From positions 153,091 to 217,090 of the forward strand of contig OZ252216.1 in the NCBI GenBank assembly GCA_965248915.1: 64,000 bases of DNA, given 5' to 3'. A program made the position numbers and the translations under genes. Each line of letters opens with the position of its first letter. Within the stretch, counting starts at the first letter, position 1. A model generated the notes under the pieces. It was not told where the DNA came from, ran no database searches, and worked only from the letters and a program-made list of their open reading frames with translations. Below are positions 10,053 through 19,619 of the stretch, in pieces. The DNA is from Alphaproteobacteria bacterium. Lineage in GTDB: Bacteria > Pseudomonadota > Alphaproteobacteria > M2410.

Positions 10053-10615
10053 CTAGGTGACGCAGGCTTCAATAGAAGAACCGATAGGTTCGCCAAACCT
10101 ATTTGGACATAGAATGGGGGCTTTACACAATGGGATTAGCTCGTTCTGAAGAAAATCAACAAAGGTCTCAGCTTCTCCTGCGGTTGGGAAAACAAGATCA
10201 ACGCCTGAGTTTTGGGTCGGTGTATAGTCTCGATCACGGTCTACGTTCTCGATACCGACAACAATCACTTGTGGAATCCTAATGCCGGCAACTTCGTCAT
10301 ATGAATAGAATCGTGCGTGCGAGCTTGCAAGATGGAATAGCCATTCGCCATCCAATACGTAGAGCACAGGATATTTCTTATCCCTCCGGCTGTACCCTTC
10401 TGGCAACTGAACATAGATGCGGCGAGTTTCGTCGAGTACGGTGGAATAGAAGTCCACTGTCTCACCTGGATTGGGCATTCCTTGAATGACAGACACATTA
10501 TTGTGAGCGTTCTGAGACATTTGGTCAGCTTGTTCGACTGCCGCTCCGCCCGAGCAGCCTGTAAGAAAGATCGCCAAAAAAGTTGTGTCAGAGTTCCACG
10601 TTTAGAATTTCCCAT
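10053..10615 (-). pseudogene. decayed lipoprotein esterase (putative esterase / enterochelin-esterase family) remnant
   Basis: The frame 10053..10577 encodes the lipobox LTGC plus esterase-family core (YVLDGEW…DRDYTP…FLQNELIPL) but stops before the GxSxG nucleophile. The ATG at 10613-10615 opens a different frame (MGNSKRGTLTQLF…). One extra A in the A6 run (10576-10581) would fuse it into a canonical signal peptide MGNSKRGTLTQLFLAIFLTGC. Only about 55 nt separate the stop from the MFS start. Confidence 0.45.
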
Positions 10616-10744
10616 TGTTATAGAGCCCCCCAATTCATAGTGAGAGAAAGAAGAACAGTTCGGGGTGTCGGTTTCAGTAAACAAACTTGCACTAGTTGTT
10701 CGATGGGTGGGCAGTAGAGGTTGCTGTGGCCACCGATCAGCCTT

Positions 10745-10764
10745 TGTGCAATCCGATTTGCACA
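10745..10764. promoter_or_regulatory. perfect 7-bp inverted repeat TGTGCAA-N6-TTGCACA about 110 nt upstream of the nitronate monooxygenase gene (candidate operator)
   Basis: Seen directly in the sequence. No cognate regulator gene identified in the window. Confidence 0.2.
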
Positions 10765-10871
10765 GCCAGTGTAGATAGCGTAAGTAAAGCAGAGGCTGTG
10801 TGGGTGAGAGGAAAGAACCTAAATTCTCAAATCAGGCGGCGTCCCAAAAAACAAAAAATGGGGTAGGAAAC

Positions 10872-11843
10872 ATGAAAACCAAAATTACCGAACTCTTTGG
10901 CATCGAGCATCCGATCGTGCAAGGCGGTATGCACTATGTTGGCTTTGCGGAACTGGCGGCAGCCGTCTCAAATGCGGGCGGTCTTGGCATAATTACTGGA
11001 CTGACCCAACCGACGCCGGAAGATCTCGCCAAAGAGATCGCCAGATGTCACGAAATGACCGACAAACCATTTGGTGTCAATTTGACTTTCCTGCCTGGCT
11101 TCACCGCTCCACCATATCCTGAATACATCGAAGCGATCATCAATGGCGGCGTGAAGATTGTCGAAACGGCCGGGCGCAATCCGCAAGCATATATGCCGGC
11201 CATGAAAGAAGCAGGCATCAAGGTCATTCACAAATGCACATCCGTCCGCCATTCCATTAAGGCGGAGAGCATTGGCTGTGACGCCGTGAGTGTCGACGGC
11301 TTCGAGTGCGGCGGACACCCGGGCGAAGATGACATTCCAAATATGATTCTGCTTCCGCGCGCAGCGGAGGAACTAAAGATTCCTTTCGTTGCCTCTGGCG
11401 GCATTGGCAACGCTCAGCAGTTGGTGGCGGCACTCGCTTTGGGCGCCGATGGCATTAATATGGGCACCCGTTTCATCGCGACGCAAGAAGCGCCGGTCCA
11501 CCAAAACGTCAAAGACGCGTTGGTCGCCGCCAGTGAGTTAGATACGCGATTGATCATGCGCCCCTTGCGCAATACAGAGCGTGTCCTTTCCAACCCTGCA
11601 GTCGAGAAGATTGTCGAGATTGAGAAAGAGAAAGGCGCTGGCCTTGAAATCGGCGACATCATGGAACTTGTCGGTGGTGTTTATCCGAGGGTCATGCAAG
11701 AAGGCGAAATGGACATAGGCGCCTGGAGCTGTGGCATGGTGGCTGGGCTTATCCATGATATCCCGACCGTCAAAGAACTCGTGGATCGGTTCATGAGTGA
11801 GGCTGAGGAGCTCATTCGCGGGCGACTCCAAGCGGTTCTCTAG
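10872..11843 (+). CDS. nitronate monooxygenase / 2-nitropropane dioxygenase family (FabK-like FMN enzyme)
   Basis: MKTKITELFGIEHPIVQGGMHYV…GGLGIIT. TIM-barrel FMN family. The track ORF starts at 10800, but an AGGAAA SD precedes the ATG at 10872. Confidence 0.85.
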   Translation: MKTKITELFGIEHPIVQGGMHYVGFAELAAAVSNAGGLGIITGLTQPTPEDLAKEIARCHEMTDKPFGVNLTFLPGFTAPPYPEYIEAIINGGVKIVETAGRNPQAYMPAMKEAGIKVIHKCTSVRHSIKAESIGCDAVSVDGFECGGHPGEDDIPNMILLPRAAEELKIPFVASGGIGNAQQLVAALALGADGINMGTRFIATQEAPVHQNVKDALVAASELDTRLIMRPLRNTERVLSNPAVEKIVEIEKEKGAGLEIGDIMELVGGVYPRVMQEGEMDIGAWSCGMVAGLIHDIPTVKELVDRFMSEAEELIRGRLQAVL

Positions 11844-12733
11844 TCGACTGAAGGGGTGTCTTCTTCCGCGATGTGTCGGGCCACAAGTTCAGGGTCTTGC
11901 ATAGGAATGTAGTGGGTCAGATGCGGGAGATAGACGTCCCGTCCATTTGGGAATAGATCTGCGAGCTTTTCCCAAGTCGGAGAAATGGAGAAGTCCAGTG
12001 CGTCATCGTGGCCAGGCTCAATCCCTTTCGCGCGCAAGATGGTAACCGGCAAGTCGATCTCTTTCACAAGGTGATGGATATTGGCGTCGACGCTTCCAAT
12101 ATAGACCGATGATTCGATTACGGGCGGACACGCAAGTTCGAACCCGTCTTCCGTGTCACTTGGGAGGAGACCGTGTCTGCAATAGTCCCGCAAGACTTGC
12201 TTGTTCCAGTTCGAATGGGGTTGTCGACGCTGAAAGCGCTCATACATGGCTTCCCAAGACTCAAATCGCCCGCGTCGTCGTGACACCGGATGATCTTCGG
12301 GACCAGAAAGGTCTGCGTATCTGCCTGAAGTATAGGCCTCTGGACGCATGATTACCGGGTCGATCAATAGGAGGCGCTGATAGAGATGGGGCAGACGGTG
12401 CGTAACCTGGGTTGTGCAATGACCACCCATGGAGTGACCGACACCAATGATGTTCTCAAGACCAAGGTGTTGAACCAGTTCAAAGACGTCTTGGGCGACC
12501 AGGCGCCAATCGCTCAAGGGGCCGGTTTTTTCGCTGCGGCCGTGCCCCCGGAGATCGACGGAATAAACATGAAATCCTTCTGGCAGGGCGGCCACCGTCT
12601 GATCCCAAACACGGGCGTGAAAGCCGGTCGCGTGGGTCAGAAAGACAGGTGTGCCGCCGGGCTCTCCCCATTCGAAATAGGTGATCTGTGCGCCTGAGGC
12701 TTGGAATCGATGCTGTTTAGGAGTGGCGTCCAC
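11840..12733 (-). CDS. alpha/beta-fold hydrolase
   Basis: GVGHSMGGH nucleophile elbow. N-terminal …ITYFEWGEPGGTPVFLTHATGFHARVW… is typical of the abhydrolase_1/6 family. Convergent with the NMO gene, with a 4-nt overlap. Confidence 0.8.
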   Translation of the reverse strand: MDATPKQHRFQASGAQITYFEWGEPGGTPVFLTHATGFHARVWDQTVAALPEGFHVYSVDLRGHGRSEKTGPLSDWRLVAQDVFELVQHLGLENIIGVGHSMGGHCTTQVTHRLPHLYQRLLLIDPVIMRPEAYTSGRYADLSGPEDHPVSRRRGRFESWEAMYERFQRRQPHSNWNKQVLRDYCRHGLLPSDTEDGFELACPPVIESSVYIGSVDANIHHLVKEIDLPVTILRAKGIEPGHDDALDFSISPTWEKLADLFPNGRDVYLPHLTHYIPMQDPELVARHIAEEDTPSVD

Positions 12734-12902
12734 GCTTGTGCTTTCTTGTTCTTCTTTGCTGGGAACTATAGGGGGGGCTTTGGACCGAGAATAGGGACTT
12801 TGTCACAAGCCGTCATTATCATTGGAAAGACGCGAAAGACGAGGTAAGAGGGGCGAGAAATTTCTGATCCTGCCGGCTGGCGAAAACAGAGGCGCGGCCA
12901 AT

Positions 12903-15098
12903 ATGAAAAATCGGGCGGACGTGGTTCATGAGAACTTCCTGAACCGTGTGAAATCTGAAGACTTTCCGAACCCCAGGTCATCCGTCAGCCTGGAAGACGC
13001 TGGGCTCAACACATCGCAATTGGTTGAGATGTTTGAAACCCAAGTCTTGAGTCGACACTTGGACCTACAATCGCGCAAACTCCAAGCACGCGGCGAGGGC
13101 TTTTACACAATCGGTAGTTCTGGGCACGAGGGCAATGCGGCCATTGCTGCTGCGTTTCGAATAGGCGATATGGCGTTCCTGCACTACCGTGATGCCGCCT
13201 TCCATATTCAGAGGTCAAAGAAGGTGCCGGGTCAAACTCCGATCTGGGACATGCTCTTGAGCTTTGTCGCCTCCAGTGACGATCCCATTTCCGGTGGGCG
13301 TCATAAAGTTCTGGGCAGTAAGGCGCTTTCGATCCCCCCTCAAACCAGCACCATTGCGTCCCACCTTCCAAAGGCGGTTGGGGCTGCCTACAGCATCGGC
13401 CTTTCACGCCTCATGAAACGAGAAGGGGATCTCGACCGCGACGCTGTCATCCTGTGTAGTTTTGGTGACGCGTCGGTCAATCATTCGACCGCTCAAGGCG
13501 CCATCAACACGGCCTGCTGGACATCCTTCCAAGGCGTACCGCTTCCCTTGGTTTTTGTGTGTGAAGACAATGGTATTGGCATTTCTACCAAAACCCCCTC
13601 CAACTGGGTCGAGCGAAGCTGCGGTCATAGACCGGGTCTTGCCTATTTCAAATGCGATGGCCTGAGTCTCCTCGACACCTACCGAGCCGGACAGGTCGTA
13701 GAGCAATACGTTCGCCGCCATCGTAAGCCTGTCTTTCTTCACATGGGCTGCGTGCGCCTCTTTGGACATGCCGGAGCGGACGTTCAAGAGAGTTACATGC
13801 CCAAGCAAGAGATCTTGGAAATGGAAGCAAACGATCCGCTTCTGCATTCAGCGCGCATCATCGTTGAAAACAATATCCTAACCTCTCAGGAAATTCTCGA
13901 CCTTTACAAGAGAACCGAGGACCGCGTAATCCGAACGGCGGAGGAGGTTATCAAACGTCCCAAATTGGCCACACGGGCCGACATTCGCGGCAGCTTAATC
14001 CCGCCAATGAAGGAGCCCGCCCAGGTCGCCGACAAGGTCGCATTGGCTGAGCGAGGACAGTCACCGCAGCATATGGCCCGCCTCATCAATTGGGCCCTCG
14101 CTGACATCATGGCAGAACGTCCCAATGTCGTTTTGGCCGGGGAGGATGTCGGCGCTAAGGGCGGCGTCTATGGCGTCACAGCCAAACTCTCTGAGACGTT
14201 CGGCAATCACCGTGTCATCAACACACTGCTTGACGAGCAAAGCATTCTGGGGCTCGCCATCGGTCTCGCCCACAATGGTTTTATCCCGATCCCGGAAATC
14301 CAATTCCTCGCCTATGTCCACAATGCAGAAGACCAAATCCGCGGTGAAGCATCGACCTTGAGTTTTTTCTCCAACGGTCAATACACCAACCCAATGGTTA
14401 TTCGCATTGCAGGACTTGGTTATCAAAAAGGGTTTGGCGGACACTTCCACAATGACAATTCCATCGCCGCTTTGCGTGACATTCCGGGCATTGTGATTGC
14501 CTGTCCGAGCAATGGCGCCGACGCGGTCGGCATGTTGCGTGAATGCGTGCGTCTCGCCGAAGAAGAACAACGCGTGGTGATTTTCTTGGAGCCAATTGCG
14601 CTCTACATGACGCGCGATTTGCATGAGCCTAAGGACGGTCTTTGGACATTTCCCTACAAAGCACCTTCCAAAATGGAAGGTGTAAAAGTAGGAGAGGTCA
14701 GCCTTCACGGATCAGGTGAAGACCTTTGCATCCTCACTTTCGGTAACGGTGTCTATCTCAGTCGCCAGGCTGAAAAAGTCTTGCAAGAGGATTACAAGGT
14801 CAACACGCGCATTGTCGATCTGCGCTGGCTTGCGCCTCTGAATCAAAAGTCGATCATGAAGGCGATTGGTCCTTGCAAGAAAGTTCTGATTGTTGATGAG
14901 TGTCGTGCCACCGGATCTCAAAGTGAGGCTCTGGTCACGTTGCTTCATGAGCATGGGGCAGGTGATCTTGCAATCGGCCGCATCACCGCAGACGATACGT
15001 TCATTCCGTTGGGCCGTGCTGCCACGGTGCCTCTCCCAAACAAAGAAGAGATCGTTGAAGCAGCGATGAACCTGGTAAACGGGGGAGAAGCGTCATGA
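12903..15098 (+). CDS. thiamine-diphosphate-dependent 2-oxoacid dehydrogenase E1 component, fused alpha/beta subunits
   Basis: N-half resembles E1-alpha (TPP-binding GDAS…NH region, GSSGHEGNAA). C-half resembles E1-beta / transketolase-like Pyr and C-terminal domains. 731 aa counted from the ATG at 12903; the track ORF starts upstream at 12822. Confidence 0.8.
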   Translation: MKNRADVVHENFLNRVKSEDFPNPRSSVSLEDAGLNTSQLVEMFETQVLSRHLDLQSRKLQARGEGFYTIGSSGHEGNAAIAAAFRIGDMAFLHYRDAAFHIQRSKKVPGQTPIWDMLLSFVASSDDPISGGRHKVLGSKALSIPPQTSTIASHLPKAVGAAYSIGLSRLMKREGDLDRDAVILCSFGDASVNHSTAQGAINTACWTSFQGVPLPLVFVCEDNGIGISTKTPSNWVERSCGHRPGLAYFKCDGLSLLDTYRAGQVVEQYVRRHRKPVFLHMGCVRLFGHAGADVQESYMPKQEILEMEANDPLLHSARIIVENNILTSQEILDLYKRTEDRVIRTAEEVIKRPKLATRADIRGSLIPPMKEPAQVADKVALAERGQSPQHMARLINWALADIMAERPNVVLAGEDVGAKGGVYGVTAKLSETFGNHRVINTLLDEQSILGLAIGLAHNGFIPIPEIQFLAYVHNAEDQIRGEASTLSFFSNGQYTNPMVIRIAGLGYQKGFGGHFHNDNSIAALRDIPGIVIACPSNGADAVGMLRECVRLAEEEQRVVIFLEPIALYMTRDLHEPKDGLWTFPYKAPSKMEGVKVGEVSLHGSGEDLCILTFGNGVYLSRQAEKVLQEDYKVNTRIVDLRWLAPLNQKSIMKAIGPCKKVLIVDECRATGSQSEALVTLLHEHGAGDLAIGRITADDTFIPLGRAATVPLPNKEEIVEAAMNLVNGGEAS

Positions 15099-16138
15099 CA
15101 GATAAGCAAACAGCACTCGTGGTCTGTCCCGGACGGGGTACCTACAACAAACCTGAACTGGGTTACTTCACCAGACATCACCCAGACAAGACGGATCTCC
15201 TCAAGAGATTTGATACCTTTCGCACTAGCAAAGGACAAGTTGAGATTAGTGAACTGGACCGCCGCGAACGGTTTTCCATGAAAGACTTCTCACGCGGCGA
15301 CAACGCATCCGCGTTGATTTACGCCTGTGCCTACGCCGACTTTCTCTCCATCGACCGCGAGAAATTCGATATCATCGCGGTGACCGGCAACTCCATGGGG
15401 TGGTACATCGCCACCGCTTGTGGCGGTGCGGTGAGCGAGGCCGGGGGTCTCGAGGTTATCAACACCATGGGCACATTGATGCATGACCATCTCGAAGGCG
15501 GACAAGCAATCTATCCGCTGATGGATGAAGAGTGGCATACAATTCCGGGGCGCCGTGAGGAGTTGTTGGGCCTCATCGACGACATTCATCACGAGCAGAA
15601 TAACAGGCTCTATGTTTCCATCGACCTTGGCGGCATGTTGGTCTTTGGCGGCGAAGACAAAGCGCTGGATCTATTGATGGAAAAACTGCCGGAAGAGCAG
15701 GGACGCTTTCCGCTTCGTTTGAACAATCACGCGGCGTTTCACACGCCTATTTTGCAAGACAATTCTGAGCGCGGCAAGGCACTGCTGTCGCAGGATCTGT
15801 TCCACCGCCCGTCCCTTCCCCTCATAGATGGACGCGGACACATATGGACCCCTTACTCTTCTGACCCAATTGAGATGTGGGACTACACACTCGGCGCTCA
15901 AATTGTCTCAACCTATGACTTCACGCGCGCCGTAGCGGTCGGCACGCAAGAGTTCTCGCCAGACTGCATTATCATCTTAGGTCCCGGCACCACACTGGGG
16001 GGCGCCGTGGCTCAATCCCTCATTTCGATTGATTGGCAGGGCCTGTCGTCAAAGGACGATTTTGTGAAAAGACAAAAATCAGACCCGATCATTTATTCCA
16101 TGGGAATGGACGATCAACGTGCAGAAGTTACAACATAG
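15095..16138 (+). CDS. acyltransferase-domain protein of the malonyl-CoA:ACP transacylase (FabD-like) superfamily
   Basis: GNSMG nucleophile elbow (GHSLG in FabD) and a downstream AAFHTP motif matching the FabD AFHS His. Its ATG overlaps the E1 stop (ATGA), indicating translational coupling. Confidence 0.55.
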   Translation: MTDKQTALVVCPGRGTYNKPELGYFTRHHPDKTDLLKRFDTFRTSKGQVEISELDRRERFSMKDFSRGDNASALIYACAYADFLSIDREKFDIIAVTGNSMGWYIATACGGAVSEAGGLEVINTMGTLMHDHLEGGQAIYPLMDEEWHTIPGRREELLGLIDDIHHEQNNRLYVSIDLGGMLVFGGEDKALDLLMEKLPEEQGRFPLRLNNHAAFHTPILQDNSERGKALLSQDLFHRPSLPLIDGRGHIWTPYSSDPIEMWDYTLGAQIVSTYDFTRAVAVGTQEFSPDCIIILGPGTTLGGAVAQSLISIDWQGLSSKDDFVKRQKSDPIIYSMGMDDQRAEVTT

Positions 16139-16154
16139 AACTGAGGAGTGACCG

Positions 16155-16871
16155 ATGACGGAAGAACGGACCGGAATTCGACAAGGCTTTACACACCTGA
16201 TGGAGCGCCAACCCGTGCGACTGGGCCTCCTCATCCTCATTCCTTTGTTGATCGCGTTGACCTTCGCCACGCCCTATTCCAATTTTGCCATCCTTGGTGG
16301 CTTTGCATTCATCATCATAGTGTCTTTGCTGCGGGTGAAGGGGTTTCAACATCTAGGATTTCGGTCGCCAGGAAAATGGGGTGCCCTCATTCTTGCCGCC
16401 ATAGGCCTCGCGGTAATACTCGAAATTGGCGCCGATGTTCTAATTGAGCCCTTCGTGGCCAAGTGGACCGGCGAAGAAGCCGATTTCTCGGCCTTCGATG
16501 GCCTCGTTGGGAATGTGCCCAACACGCTCATCATGATCGCCATTGGCTGGATCATCGGCGGCTTTTTGGAGGAGATGTTCTTTCGCGGATTCTTGCTTCA
16601 GGAGACCGGCCTGCTGCTCGGTGGGCGCAATGTCGGCTTCGCAATCGGACTAGTCCTGTCGTCAGCCTTGTTTGGCATGTCCCACTTTTATCAGGGACCA
16701 ACAGGTATGATCATGACCGGCTTGATGGGCTTCTTCTTAGGCCTGATCTACCTTGCTAAAGGGCGAAATATTTGGCTCGCGGTGCTCGTGCACGGCATCG
16801 TCGACACGATCGGCTTCACACTCATCTACTTCGACAAGTACGAAGCCCTCCGCGAAATCGTGCCGGCTTAG
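16155..16871 (+). CDS. CPBP-family intramembrane glutamic endopeptidase (CAAX protease / Abi family)
   Basis: Multi-TM protein with the family motifs EEMFFRGFL (EExxxR), …FGMSHFY… and HGIVDT. GAGGAG SD 6 nt upstream of the ATG. Confidence 0.75.
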   Translation: MTEERTGIRQGFTHLMERQPVRLGLLILIPLLIALTFATPYSNFAILGGFAFIIIVSLLRVKGFQHLGFRSPGKWGALILAAIGLAVILEIGADVLIEPFVAKWTGEEADFSAFDGLVGNVPNTLIMIAIGWIIGGFLEEMFFRGFLLQETGLLLGGRNVGFAIGLVLSSALFGMSHFYQGPTGMIMTGLMGFFLGLIYLAKGRNIWLAVLVHGIVDTIGFTLIYFDKYEALREIVPA

Positions 16872-16878
16872 GACCGAA

Positions 16879-17643
16879 CTACTTGCCTTTCCAGTCAGGT
16901 GCCCGCTTTTCCGCAAAGGCGACGGACCCCTCTATGGCATCCTCGCTGGCAAAGATCGGTCCGGTGATCTTGTTTTGATTTTTGTAGAGATCTTCTGTTG
17001 CCCAGTCTTGGCTTTCCACCATCACCTGTTTGCTGGCTGCGACTGCCATAGGCCCGTTCGCGCAAATCATTTGAGCGAGCTTTTTCGCCTCTTTAAGAGC
17101 CGTACCCTTAGGGACGACTCTGTTGATCAAGCCCATCTCGTAGGCCCGTTGTGAGGTGATGAATTCACCGGTGAGCGCAAGTTCCATAGCAAGACGTGGT
17201 GGGATTTGACGAGGGAGTTTGACAAGACCCCCTGCTGCTGCTGCGAGCCCGCGCTTCACTTCTGGAATACCGAACATGGCATTGTCCGCCGCCACGATGA
17301 GATCGCAGCTGATGGCAAGCTCAAAACCGCCAGCCAATGCGTAACCCTCAACCGCCCCGATCAAAGGCTTTTGGGGCGGCGCTTCTGTGACGCCTGCAAA
17401 TCCACGACCCTCAACCGAAGGGAACTCGCCTTTGACAAAGGCCTTGAGATCCATACCGGAACAAAATGTGCCATCCGCCCCGGTGATAATCGCGACCCGC
17501 AAATCATCATTGCCATCGAGCTCATCCATGGCGGCTGCGATGGCCACAGCCACCGCACGATTGGCAGCATTCTTGGCCTTTGGCCGGTTGATGGTTACGG
17601 TCATGATGCCGCCTTCAGTGCTGACGAGGACTTCTTCGCTCAT
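16879..17643 (-). CDS. enoyl-CoA hydratase/isomerase family protein
   Basis: MTVTINRPKAKNA…FCSGMDLKAF and the AGGFELA crotonase signature. Confidence 0.85.
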   Translation of the reverse strand: MSEEVLVSTEGGIMTVTINRPKAKNAANRAVAVAIAAAMDELDGNDDLRVAIITGADGTFCSGMDLKAFVKGEFPSVEGRGFAGVTEAPPQKPLIGAVEGYALAGGFELAISCDLIVAADNAMFGIPEVKRGLAAAAGGLVKLPRQIPPRLAMELALTGEFITSQRAYEMGLINRVVPKGTALKEAKKLAQMICANGPMAVAASKQVMVESQDWATEDLYKNQNKITGPIFASEDAIEGSVAFAEKRAPDWKGK

Positions 17644-17755
17644 TGGGTTAGCTCCAGGTTATCTGTTATAAGTTCTTGTCTTGACCCCCATGATAGTGCC
17701 AATTTGTCGACCACAACAACAAAACAAAAACACCAGGGACAAGAGGAAACGGAAC

Positions 17756-18988
17756 ATGAGCGAAGCATGGATCATTGATGCCTGCCGGACACCGCGGGGA
17801 ATTGGCAAGATCGGCAAAGGCGCACTCGCCGAAATGCACGCGCAACACTTAGGCGCAACGGTCTTGAAAGCTTTGAAAGAGCGCAACGATCTCAACACCG
17901 CCGAAGTCGACGACATAATATGGGGAACCAGCTCTCAGCGTGGCGACCAAGCCGGTGATCTCGGTCGCATGGCCGCCCTTGATGCAGGTTACGACGTTCA
18001 ATCTTCCGGTGTGACCCTTGATCGCTTTTGTGGATCTGGCATCACAACCGTCAACTTTGCAGCCGCCAGTGTCATGTCGGGATTTGAAGACCTGGTCATT
18101 GCCGGTGGAACGGAAATGATGTCACACTATGGTCAAATGCAAGGCTCATCACCTTTCCTTGACAATGGAAACACCCGTCTTCGTCATGAACATCCGCAAC
18201 CTCACCAAGGCGTCTGCGCTGATGCCATCGCGACCTTGGAAGGAATTTCACGGGACGCCGTTGATGACTTGGCTTTGGTGAGCCAACAGCGCGCTGACAA
18301 TGCCATCAAGAACGGTCACTTCGAAAAATCATTGGTGCCGGTCTACAAGGAAGACGGATCTCTCGCTCTCGACCGCGAAGAATTTCCCCGCCCACAAACC
18401 ACCAAAGAAGGCTTGGCCGGACTAAACGCCTCCTTTGCGGCGATTGCTGATTTCGAACTTGACGAAGACGGCACCACCTTCCGCAAACTGGTGCTGCAGA
18501 AATACCCAGACCTGGAAATCGACCATGTCCACCACGCCGGTAATTCCTCCGGTGTTGTTGATGGCGCTGCAGCTCTTCTTTTGGCCTCGCCAAAATACGC
18601 TGAGAGCCATGGCATGAAGCCGCGCGCCCGCGTTGTCGCGATGGCCAATATGGGCGACAGCCCAACCTTGATGCTCAACGCGCCGGTTCCAGCCGCCAAG
18701 AAAGTCTTGGCGAAAGCGGGCATGAAGGTTGAGGACATCGATCTCTTTGAGATCAACGAAGCCTTCTCGGTGGTGGCCGAAAAGTTCATCCGCGATCTGG
18801 ATCTCGACCGCAGCCGCGTCAACGTGAACGGCGGCGCCATGGCGCTTGGTCACCCGATCGGCGCCACAGGGTCAATCCTCATTGGCACCATGGTCGATGA
18901 GCTCGAACGCCAAGACAAACAGTTTGGTCTTGTGACCATGTGCGCCGCCGGCGGCATGGCCCCGGCTATCATTGTTGAGAGGATGTAA
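17756..18988 (+). CDS. acetyl-CoA C-acyltransferase (thiolase)
   Basis: MSEAWIIDACRTPRG… thiolase N-terminus. Active-site regions …CGSGIT… and C-terminal …GGAMALGHPIGATG…MCAAGGMA. AAGAGGAAA SD before the ATG at 17756; the track ORF is over-extended. Confidence 0.9.
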   Translation: MSEAWIIDACRTPRGIGKIGKGALAEMHAQHLGATVLKALKERNDLNTAEVDDIIWGTSSQRGDQAGDLGRMAALDAGYDVQSSGVTLDRFCGSGITTVNFAAASVMSGFEDLVIAGGTEMMSHYGQMQGSSPFLDNGNTRLRHEHPQPHQGVCADAIATLEGISRDAVDDLALVSQQRADNAIKNGHFEKSLVPVYKEDGSLALDREEFPRPQTTKEGLAGLNASFAAIADFELDEDGTTFRKLVLQKYPDLEIDHVHHAGNSSGVVDGAAALLLASPKYAESHGMKPRARVVAMANMGDSPTLMLNAPVPAAKKVLAKAGMKVEDIDLFEINEAFSVVAEKFIRDLDLDRSRVNVNGGAMALGHPIGATGSILIGTMVDELERQDKQFGLVTMCAAGGMAPAIIVERM

Positions 18989-19123
18989 GAGGAAGCGTGG
19001 GTCGCGGCGGGTTCATTTTCCCATTTGATTAGACCCCCAATGCGCCAATGACCATCGTCATGGCTAACCGCGGGCGAGGTTAATTGGGATTGTCAGTCCT
19101 GGGATTTCTTGGGGTGGTTTCGC

Positions 19124-19615
19124 TTAGTCGGTGTCAGGAGATCCAACAAAGATTTCCATTTTGTGCCCAAACCCTTGGCTATTGTCGATGAGGCGAATCC
19201 ACTGTGGGCGAAAACAGAAATACGGAGTTTCGTTCAACCGCGTCACCAAATCTTGTTTGGCCGGATCGTCTTTATCACCATCTTTGGGTTGGAGGAATGA
19301 AAACTTCTCGAGATAGAGGTCGTTAGCGCAAGAAGCATCAGCGGTGTCAACTTGGTTGCAGCTCCCGACGGCCTGAATACCAACAATACTTTGCCACTCT
19401 TGCCCATCATCTTGGATCGTCGCAGCGATTTGTGCGGTTTGAGTGATGTCGATGCCGTGCCGAGTGCTGGGGCTGGTCTTGAAGAAAAAATTGAAATTGT
19501 CACCGTTGGCGTAAAAGACCGCTGCGGCCCAGGGGCCATCCTCGCCAAGGGTCGCCAACGTCATTGTGTTATGCGTTGCCAGGTAGTTGAGGATACGTGT
19601 GTGATCATCCGACAT
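19124..19615 (-). CDS. pyridoxamine 5'-phosphate oxidase-like FMN-binding (split-barrel) family protein
   Basis: …ILNYLATHNTMTLATLGEDGPWAAAVFYA… is the typical PNPOx-like N-terminus. 163 aa. Confidence 0.55.
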   Translation of the reverse strand: MSDDHTRILNYLATHNTMTLATLGEDGPWAAAVFYANGDNFNFFFKTSPSTRHGIDITQTAQIAATIQDDGQEWQSIVGIQAVGSCNQVDTADASCANDLYLEKFSFLQPKDGDKDDPAKQDLVTRLNETPYFCFRPQWIRLIDNSQGFGHKMEIFVGSPDTD

Positions 19616-19619
19616 TTTT

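Noticed and set aside
12822-12902. N-terminal extensions in the ORF track (12822 for E1; similarly 10800 NMO, 17681 thiolase, 20348 UbiX, 28992 aqpZ, 29112 MAPEG, 37965 amidohydrolase, 47737 mtnA, 53621 gcrA, 54749 argD, 55896 argF, 56852 hslO, 57802 lipoprotein)
   Set aside because: The extensions have no homology, overlap upstream genes, or lack SD sequences. Internal ATGs with an SD match the family N-termini, so the shorter starts were used.
16463-17154. ORFs 16463..16759, 16753..17154 and 16772..16978 (+)
   Set aside because: They are alternative-frame or antisense overlaps of the CPBP protease and crotonase genes, with Arg/Ser-rich translations typical of off-frame GC-rich DNA.
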